Virus record (IMG/VR): IMGVR_UViG_3300025853_007458
Source: an uncultured virus (IMG/VR IMGVR_UViG_3300025853_007458)
Lineage: Duplodnaviria; Heunggongvirae; Uroviricota; Caudoviricetes
Length of the DNA: 64,000 nt
Strand: one strand, 5' to 3'
The notes under the pieces were generated by a model. It was given only the letters and a program-made list of their open reading frames with translations, was not told where the DNA came from and made no database searches. A program made the translations under genes and the position numbers. Of the stretch, positions 58,597 through 64,000 are shown in pieces (the stretch's first letter is position 1; every line of letters starts with the position of its first letter).

Positions 58597-59228
58597 TGAA
58601 CAAAAAATATTTTGATACAAGAAAAGATAGCTTAGAGGATAAGATTAATACAATTGCTTCTGAACAAGCTGCTATTTCAAAACCAGTATCAGACGTAAAA
58701 TTATCAGTAGAAAAGAAATACTTTGAAAGTAAAAAAGGATCACTAGAAGATGTAGCAAGTAAACTTGTTGAAAGTAAATTAGATCCAGTAAACAAAGACG
58801 CTGTTAAGAAAAAGTTTGATGATAGAAAAGATAAAGACATTGACAACGATGGCGATACAGATTCATCTGATAAGTATCTACATAAAAGAAGAAAAGCAAT
58901 TTCAAAAGCAACAAGTGAAGAAGTTGAACCTTGTGGATTAACTGCTGAAGCGTGTTGGGATTCTCATAAACAACAAGGTTACAAAATGAAAGGTGGCAAA
59001 CGTGTCCCTAATTGTGTACCTAAAAATGAAGCAGTAAATCAGGACGATCATGGTGAGAAAATCAACCAAGATAAAAAAGACGCTGCTATGAAGAAGACAG
59101 ATCAAAAGAAACCATTTGACAAGTTAAGACAAGAAACTAAACTAGTTAGACTTGGGAACAATGGTAAGACAGATACAGGTCAAAAAGCTGCAGTTATAGA
59201 CCTTGAACCGTCAGCAAAACCTATCTAG
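58596..59228 (+). CDS. Hypothetical charged protein with an EF-hand-like DxDxDG loop
   Basis: DIDNDGDTDSSD and CWD...GGKRVPNCVP motifs; repeated KKYF.....SLED. Confidence 0.6.
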   Translation: MNKKYFDTRKDSLEDKINTIASEQAAISKPVSDVKLSVEKKYFESKKGSLEDVASKLVESKLDPVNKDAVKKKFDDRKDKDIDNDGDTDSSDKYLHKRRKAISKATSEEVEPCGLTAEACWDSHKQQGYKMKGGKRVPNCVPKNEAVNQDDHGEKINQDKKDAAMKKTDQKKPFDKLRQETKLVRLGNNGKTDTGQKAAVIDLEPSAKPI

Positions 59229-59236
59229 TTGCGACA

Positions 59237-59274
59237 TTTTGTCAATTGACAAAAGCACTATTATATGATAGTAT
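59237..59274 (+). promoter_or_regulatory. Sigma70-type promoter whose -35 box lies in an 18-bp perfect palindrome
   Basis: TTTTGTCAATTGACAAAA (59237-59254); TTGACA-17 nt-TAGTAT. Confidence 0.6.
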
Positions 59275-59294
59275 AATAGTATAAGGAAAACACT

Positions 59295-59789
59295 ATGACT
59301 AAACCTATCATATATTGCGATATGGATGGAGTACTTGCAGATTTTAAAACAGGTGCTCAAAAAACAACTGGTATGTCCATTAACAAATGGATGAATATAC
59401 CATCTTCAAAAGAAAAATGGGGATTGATTAAATCTAAAAAAGACTTTTGGTCAACTCTTCCTTGGATGCCTGGTGGCAAACAACTCTGGTCTTACTTATC
59501 AAAATTTGATCCACATATACTATCAGCATACGTAGAAGAGTCGTTTGATCCTAACTGTATTCCTGGCAAAACTGAATGGCTAAGAAGAAATGCTGGAATG
59601 TCAAATCGTTCAAAAATCAATCTAGTACGAAGAAAAGAAAAGAAACTCTTTGCCAAAAGAGGTAATCCTGCTATCTTAATTGATGACTATGAAAAAAACA
59701 TAAGAGAATTTACACAAGCAGGTGGTACTGGTATTCATCACACAAACACATCAAATACTATATCTAAACTTAAAAAACTAGGTTTTTAA
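59295..59789 (+). CDS. HAD-family 5'(3')-nucleotidase/phosphatase
   Basis: YCDMDGVLADF, ILS, GK.EW and ILIDD motifs. Confidence 0.85.
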   Translation: MTKPIIYCDMDGVLADFKTGAQKTTGMSINKWMNIPSSKEKWGLIKSKKDFWSTLPWMPGGKQLWSYLSKFDPHILSAYVEESFDPNCIPGKTEWLRRNAGMSNRSKINLVRRKEKKLFAKRGNPAILIDDYEKNIREFTQAGGTGIHHTNTSNTISKLKKLGF

Positions 59790-59792
59790 TCT

Positions 59793-59800
59793 TATAAATA
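59793..59800 (+). promoter_or_regulatory. T4-type late promoter
   Basis: TATAAATA upstream of 59840. Confidence 0.72.
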
Positions 59801-59839
59801 GTACTGTTATATAACAATTACTAATTTAAGGAGAGATAT

Positions 59840-60397
59840 ATGTCTTTATGGGGAAACGATATAAAGCCTAAAAATCTTACAGACGAAGAAAAAAAAGAAG
59901 TCTATGCAACCGCTCAAGGTTGGGTAAGAGAAGCAGGCTCAGTATTATCAGGTAATGATAATCCAAATGCAGATCCAGAAGTATTAGTAGCAATCGGCGG
60001 ATTAGCTACAAATATGGGTTCAGCAAATATTACTGAAATAGAATTTGTAACAACATCAATCGGTGCAGGTGCTGGTGGAAACATTGACGTTAGAGTAAGA
60101 TTTAACGAAAGAGTTGACATTACAGGAACTCCACAAGTAACAGTAACTAACGACCAAACAGGTAGTGGTACTGATGCTACATTTACAGCAGATTATAATT
60201 CTGGTACAGGATCAAACGAAATTGTATTCAGAGCAACTTATGCAGCTGCAGATGGTGGTATTGCTGAGAATGATGTATTATCAATTGGATCTAATGCAGT
60301 GGCACTTAACGGTGGTACTATTAAAGATGCTGGTACAACAACAAACTCTACAATTACAAACGCTGCTCAAACAGGTACATTAACTGTTTCAGCATAA
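59840..60397 (+). CDS. Putative virion decoration protein, Ig-like beta sandwich
   Basis: MSLWG start; VRFNERV.ITGTP and SGTGSNEIVF motifs; late promoter. Confidence 0.55.
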   Translation: MSLWGNDIKPKNLTDEEKKEVYATAQGWVREAGSVLSGNDNPNADPEVLVAIGGLATNMGSANITEIEFVTTSIGAGAGGNIDVRVRFNERVDITGTPQVTVTNDQTGSGTDATFTADYNSGTGSNEIVFRATYAAADGGIAENDVLSIGSNAVALNGGTIKDAGTTTNSTITNAAQTGTLTVSA

Positions 60398-60407
60398 TAA
60401 CAAAATC

Positions 60408-60436
60408 ATATAAGGGTGCTTAAAGTGCCCTTATAT
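60408..60436 (+). terminator. Hairpin after 59840..60397, probable terminator
   Basis: ATATAAGGG/CCCTTATAT stem extended by G-U pairs. Confidence 0.5.
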
Positions 60437-60508
60437 ATACTATATGAACAAATTGATCTAGGCAAATACCTAGAGTAGCATTCCCGAAAGGGTTAACAGG
60501 AGAAAAAA

Positions 60509-60967
60509 ATGGCAGACAAAAAAATAACGGCATTGACCGATTTAGGTGACTCGTTGGCATCAGCTGACTTGTTTCACGTAGTGGATGACCCAGCAGGGAC
60601 ACCAATCAATAAAAAAATATCAGCAGAAAATGTGTTTAACAATATACCTTCTTGGTTAGGTTTATCACAAGATTCACAATTAATAACTGCTGACGCTTCA
60701 TCACAGGTTGCAAACGTAACTTCAGCAATAACTGAAATCAACGCTACTTCAGCAACTGGTGCAATATCATTAGCAGATGGTTCTGATGGACAAATTAAGA
60801 TTTTTATTAATACATCAACAAGTGGTACAAATGACGTAGTAATTCAACCAACTAACTTGCGTGGGGGTACTACTATTACTTTGAATGCTCAAGGTGAAAC
60901 AGTTGTATGTATATTTAAAAATTCAAACTGGAATGTAATCGGCGGACATGGTTTCGCAATTGCGTAA
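60509..60967 (+). CDS. Putative virion fibre/structural protein
   Basis: MADKKITALT start, typical of phage structural proteins; AGGAG RBS. Confidence 0.55.
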   Translation: MADKKITALTDLGDSLASADLFHVVDDPAGTPINKKISAENVFNNIPSWLGLSQDSQLITADASSQVANVTSAITEINATSATGAISLADGSDGQIKIFINTSTSGTNDVVIQPTNLRGGTTITLNAQGETVVCIFKNSNWNVIGGHGFAIA

Positions 60968-60984
60968 TATATTAGGAGATTATT

Positions 60985-61299
60985 ATGGGAATAACAACAC
61001 AAACGTTAATGAAAGAGAAATTTGCTCTTCAAAAAACGTTTAATGAATTGAACAATAGAATAAAGACTATTGAAAAAGATTTATCAGTAATGAAAGCAAA
61101 TATGAGTGCTGTTCATGGTGCCTTACAACAAGTTGAAAAACTTATACAATATGATGACAACTATGGTAAAAAAGAAGCAGAGATAATTCATAGTAGAGAA
61201 AAAAAAGTGCCACCACTTGAATCAGGCCCAGTTGAAAAACCTTCTTTAGATATAAAAACTAAGGAAGAACCTCAACAATTAAATGAGGGTGATAAATGA
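60985..61299 (+). CDS. Hypothetical coiled-coil protein
   Basis: 104 aa, heptad pattern, AGGAG RBS. Confidence 0.55.
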   Translation: MGITTQTLMKEKFALQKTFNELNNRIKTIEKDLSVMKANMSAVHGALQQVEKLIQYDDNYGKKEAEIIHSREKKVPPLESGPVEKPSLDIKTKEEPQQLNEGDK

Positions 61300-61463
61300 A
61301 AGAAGATAGGGATAGCTTTATAGAGGATCTTGCTGACAATACACCAAATGAAGCTCAGTTTGATAAGTTAAAAGAAGCTGAAGTACATGACGCTGAAGAA
61401 GACCTGGTAGCAGGTAAAACTTATAAGAAATTAAAAGACGAAGTAAAACGAGGAGAAAAATGA
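61296..61463 (+). CDS. 55-aa acidic protein, not in the ORF track
   Basis: ATGA overlaps at both ends; MKEDRDSFIEDLADNTPNEA...KRGEK. Confidence 0.6.
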   Translation: MKEDRDSFIEDLADNTPNEAQFDKLKEAEVHDAEEDLVAGKTYKKLKDEVKRGEK

Positions 61464-61891
61464 AAACATTTAAACAACACATAAAAGAAGGCGGAACTAT
61501 GGGCGTTGGAACACCTCATCAATCTTCAGTAGAAGATGGATCAATGGGTGCTCACAATATACATGAACCTGCAATCTTACAAAGAGTGAATGCTTTTGTT
61601 GGATCTATTGCTGATAAAGAGTATATACAGCCTGAGGCTGCTCTATCTCAATTAGAAACTAGATTAAGAACAATTGGTGTTCAGTTAAAAGACTCAATAA
61701 CAATTAATGATAAAAAAGGTAACTTTGAAAGTGCTTTAGTATTTAATGGTGGTCGTTTTGGTAAAGATACCGACGGCTCTGACATAAATGATGATGGAAT
61801 TAGTCATAAAGTTGGCAAAGAGTTAAAACTAAAAGGTAGATACGAAACACTAGAGAACGGCGCTGTTAAAGTTTATGCAGAGCTTGGCTAA
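61460..61891 (+). CDS. Hypothetical protein with an internal-protein-like N-terminus
   Basis: MKTFKQHIKE/G start. Confidence 0.6.
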   Translation: MKTFKQHIKEGGTMGVGTPHQSSVEDGSMGAHNIHEPAILQRVNAFVGSIADKEYIQPEAALSQLETRLRTIGVQLKDSITINDKKGNFESALVFNGGRFGKDTDGSDINDDGISHKVGKELKLKGRYETLENGAVKVYAELG

Positions 61892-62253
61892 TGTTTGATA
61901 AGATAACAAAGAAGAATTGGTTATTTTACGCCATAAAAAACTACAATGTTCCTAATTTAGATAGTGAACAGGAGTTTTATGAAGATGTGAAAAGATTTAA
62001 GTATCTTAAACGTTTATTTCGTAAATACAAAACCACAGGTGAACTGAAAACTAGATTAGTATTAAATCATATCATAGTATTGACAAATGTTTTTGGTAAT
62101 GAGGCTGCGGCTACATTATTATTATTTAAGATTGAAAGAGAGTATTGGTCTGTACTAAAAACTTTCTTACAATATTTAAATGTAGTAAGTGAAGACGAGT
62201 TGCCAAATGTGAAAGTAAATAAAACTTTGTTATCAAGTTTGGAGAAATTATAA
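61891..62253 (+). CDS. Conserved T4-like hypothetical protein
   Basis: EFYEDVKRFKYLKRL and RLVLNHII.L.NVFG motifs, recurrent in T4-like phages. Confidence 0.7.
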   Translation: MFDKITKKNWLFYAIKNYNVPNLDSEQEFYEDVKRFKYLKRLFRKYKTTGELKTRLVLNHIIVLTNVFGNEAAATLLLFKIEREYWSVLKTFLQYLNVVSEDELPNVKVNKTLLSSLEKL

Positions 62254-62843
62254 TGGGAAGAGCAATAGATTTATTAATAACTTATAGAGTAATTAAAATG
62301 TTAGTTACTCCTTGGAAACAACATGACGCTTATAAGTTGGGTATAATTGATGACAATGGTAAAGTATTAAGAAAAGCTAAAACTTTGAAATCAGCAAAAG
62401 AAAAAGATTCTTATACTATACTACACAGATTTGTATTCAATTTGAAAAGACTACTAGGGTTATTACCTGGTGGTAAATCAAAGTTTGCCTCATACGCAAC
62501 TGCTTTGGCACTATTGTTAAAAGAGAATAAAGATATTAACGCTGTAGAATTAGAAAGAGGTTTATATAAACATCTTATTGAAAACGACTTGGTCGCTTAT
62601 GATGATGATCTAAAAGAGTCTGTAGGTTTTGATTTTTTACCAGAAGGTAGATTTATAATGATTGACAGATTAGAAGATTTAAATGGCGAACAAACTGCTG
62701 ATGTAGGTGATGTAGTATATACAACTGAAAATCAGAAACCTTTTGATAATCTATTCGGCGTAAACCTATATCATGTTATAAATGAAGATACTAAAAAACA
62801 AATTATAGTATCAGAGGACAACATAGAGAGGGTAAAATTTTAA
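62253..62843 (+). CDS. Conserved T4-like hypothetical protein
   Basis: AYKLGIIDDNG and YT.LHRFVFNLKRLL motifs. Confidence 0.7.
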   Translation: MGRAIDLLITYRVIKMLVTPWKQHDAYKLGIIDDNGKVLRKAKTLKSAKEKDSYTILHRFVFNLKRLLGLLPGGKSKFASYATALALLLKENKDINAVELERGLYKHLIENDLVAYDDDLKESVGFDFLPEGRFIMIDRLEDLNGEQTADVGDVVYTTENQKPFDNLFGVNLYHVINEDTKKQIIVSEDNIERVKF

Positions 62844-63445
62844 TGAAAACCTTTAAAGAAATAAGATCAATTATAAGAGAATTTTCTGATAGTCAAATAG
62901 ACATGTTGGCAAGACAATATGCAGGACTAAAAGATAAAACAATCTCAACAGATCAAGCAAATAAATTAAGAAAAATATTTGACAGAATACCTGATAGAGC
63001 GCTAGACGCTTTAAGAAGAAAAAAGATACCTTTTATATCTGGTATGGCATTATCACGTATGGTTAAAAAAGGTATGCCTGTAAAAGAAGACGCACCTGCT
63101 AATGCAGTAGGCAATGGATCAAATCTTGCAATGCCGCCAGCAGTAGAACCTGGTGTACACGTAAAGAAAAAGAAAAAAGATGTAACTAGCTTATTAAGAC
63201 GTGAAGACTATGATAAAGTTGAACTAGAAAATTTAATTAATAAGATTGAGTCTAACCAAGACATAGAAGAAAATCAAATTAAACCTATAGTAAACAATAT
63301 CAAATCAAAAAAAGAAAAAGGTACATATACTGAAGAATTTGCTATGACAGCATTTAGATATGTTGTAGATAGACAAATAAAATCTACAGTTTCAGAGGAT
63401 TTTAGAAACAAAGTTGCTTCAAAATTACTATCAAAGTACGTATGA
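62843..63445 (+). CDS. Hypothetical protein with an internal-protein-like N-terminus
   Basis: MKTFKEIRSIIRE/F start; internal VKE/DAPAN. Confidence 0.6.
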   Translation: MKTFKEIRSIIREFSDSQIDMLARQYAGLKDKTISTDQANKLRKIFDRIPDRALDALRRKKIPFISGMALSRMVKKGMPVKEDAPANAVGNGSNLAMPPAVEPGVHVKKKKKDVTSLLRREDYDKVELENLINKIESNQDIEENQIKPIVNNIKSKKEKGTYTEEFAMTAFRYVVDRQIKSTVSEDFRNKVASKLLSKYV

Positions 63446-63657
63446 AAACTTATAAAGAATTAAGAGAGTATATGAGAGGGTTCGCTATAGGACCTGTTGA
63501 CACATTAAAACCTATGGCATCCTTAGGCGGTTCTCAATCTTCTCCAGATAGAAGATACACAGCACAATTGCCTCAATTAGCTGCAACAGCAAAAGGGCCA
63601 GGGTTAGGAACAATTAAACCTATGGTCACAGCAAGTAAAAAGAAAGAGAAGAAATAA
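63442..63657 (+). CDS. Small protein with an internal-protein-like N-terminus
   Basis: MKTYKELRE/Y start. Confidence 0.55.
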   Translation: MKTYKELREYMRGFAIGPVDTLKPMASLGGSQSSPDRRYTAQLPQLAATAKGPGLGTIKPMVTASKKKEKK

Positions 63658-63658
63658 T

Positions 63659-64000
63659 ATGGAATTATTAATCGCATTAGCAATGAAGTTTTGGCAATGG
63701 TCATTATTGATATTATTTGTAATAATAGGTTTTATTATAAACTTATTAGATAAAAGAAAAAGTAACATAAAATTTAAATATGAAGAAATGCCTCAACTAA
63801 AACCTATACCAATTAAAACAAAAGGTAAAGGATTTTGGAAAGGTATTGCAATGTGGTTATTATCAACAAGAAATTGGGAACTAACAAAGAACTGGAGATA
63901 TAATATAAATGGTGCCGAGTATGTAATACCAAAAGGTTTTCAATTTGATGGTGCAAGTATACCTAAATTTTTAAGAACATTTTTTTCACCAGTTGGCGTA
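63659..64000 (+). CDS. DUF1353-like protein with N-terminal TM segment, 3'-truncated
   Basis: ATG at 63659, open to the window end; YVIPKGFQFDGASIP motif. Confidence 0.65.
   Translation, partial: MELLIALAMKFWQWSLLILFVIIGFIINLLDKRKSNIKFKYEEMPQLKPIPIKTKGKGFWKGIAMWLLSTRNWELTKNWRYNINGAEYVIPKGFQFDGASIPKFLRTFFSPVGV

Noticed and set aside
1..64000. Stop-codon reassignment
   Set aside because: Core genes are full length under the standard code and end in TAA, TAG or TGA.

Overview
AT-rich 64-kb segment of a T4-like (Tevenvirinae/Kyanoviridae-type) myophage genome, coded almost entirely on the + strand. Gene order: two Thr-rich repetitive tail-fibre genes; the structural block gp13-gp23 and gp3; uvsY/uvsW; gp55-gp47-gp46; an accessory block (peptide deformylase, 2OG-Fe hydroxylase, GNAT, methyltransferase, vWA plus CobS-like AAA ATPase, ribosomal protein bS21, Hsp20, peroxiredoxin); the replication block gp45-gp44-tRNA-Thr-gp62-regA-gp43-uvsX-gp41 with interspersed methyltransferases and radical-SAM genes; and a 13-kb right-hand region of poorly characterised genes. 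Low GC, bS21, PDF, a ROSE-like element and a GTTC-N7-GTTC box suggest an aquatic alphaproteobacterial (possibly SAR11-like) host; this is inference. Main observations: (1) many right-hand proteins begin with a T4 internal-protein-like capsid-targeting/gp21-cleavage signal, and include a ligase-fold protein, two P-loop kinases and a nucleotidyltransferase/HIGH-family polyprotein, suggesting a virion-packaged, injected RNA/nucleotide repair kit; (2) a glnA-type glutamine riboswitch under a late promoter precedes an unannotated 51-aa basic peptide; (3) a ROSE-like thermometer precedes hsp20, next to a further unexplained structured RNA; (4) a coupled hydroxylase-GNAT-methyltransferase cassette may modify DNA bases. 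All family calls come from motif recognition by eye; no searches were run.
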